A stretch of DNA of 63,737 nucleotides, filler included, from Octopus bimaculoides (taxonomy: Eukaryota), in NCBI RefSeq assembly GCF_001194135.2. It is 6 parts of 4 records of this genome, joined end to end, with 100 filler letters (N's around TTAATTAATTAA, not from the genome) between each part and the next. Parts side by side here need not be neighbours in the genome. Positions count along the whole stretch, not along the records: positions 58,780 to 63,737 come from NC_068995.1; 5 more parts are not named here. One strand, written 5' to 3'. Shown here piece after piece: positions 63,698 through 63,737 of the stretch (within the stretch, counting starts at the first letter, position 1; each line of letters begins with the position of its first letter). A program made the position numbers and the translations under genes. The notes beneath the pieces were generated by a model. It was given only the letters and a program-made list of their open reading frames with translations, was not told where the DNA came from and made no database searches.

Positions 63698-63737
<40 letters not shown>

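Overview
AT-rich, microsatellite-saturated, gapped eukaryotic DNA. The SINE/LINE repertoire and a chemotactile-receptor-like ORF point to an octopus (probably Octopus bimaculoides or a close relative; inference). The only host gene I can recognise is the intronless N-terminal 120 codons of a divergent nicotinic-receptor-like subunit of the octopus chemotactile receptor (CR) type at 13548-13907 (+), cut off by an artificial 100-bp assembly linker. The rest is mostly decayed mobile DNA: RTE, CR1-like, Tx1/L1-like and restriction-like-endonuclease (R4/Dong-type) LINEs, Penelope-like elements, Helitrons, hAT, Tc1/mariner, MITEs and several tRNA-derived SINE families. The most notable unexplained signals are: (i) two paralogous minus-strand 12-nt and 9-nt candidate microexons in a duplicated intron context near the window end, (ii) a near-complete minimal type I hammerhead ribozyme next to a long hairpin and a SINE head (59716-59948), (iii) several long, near-perfect palindromes, and (iv) a decayed Cys-rich ORF resembling the P2X7 ballast domain. 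Five linker gaps split the window into six segments whose true adjacency is uncertain. All family assignments come from motif recognition by eye, not from database searches, and element boundaries are approximate unless TIRs or TSDs are quoted.
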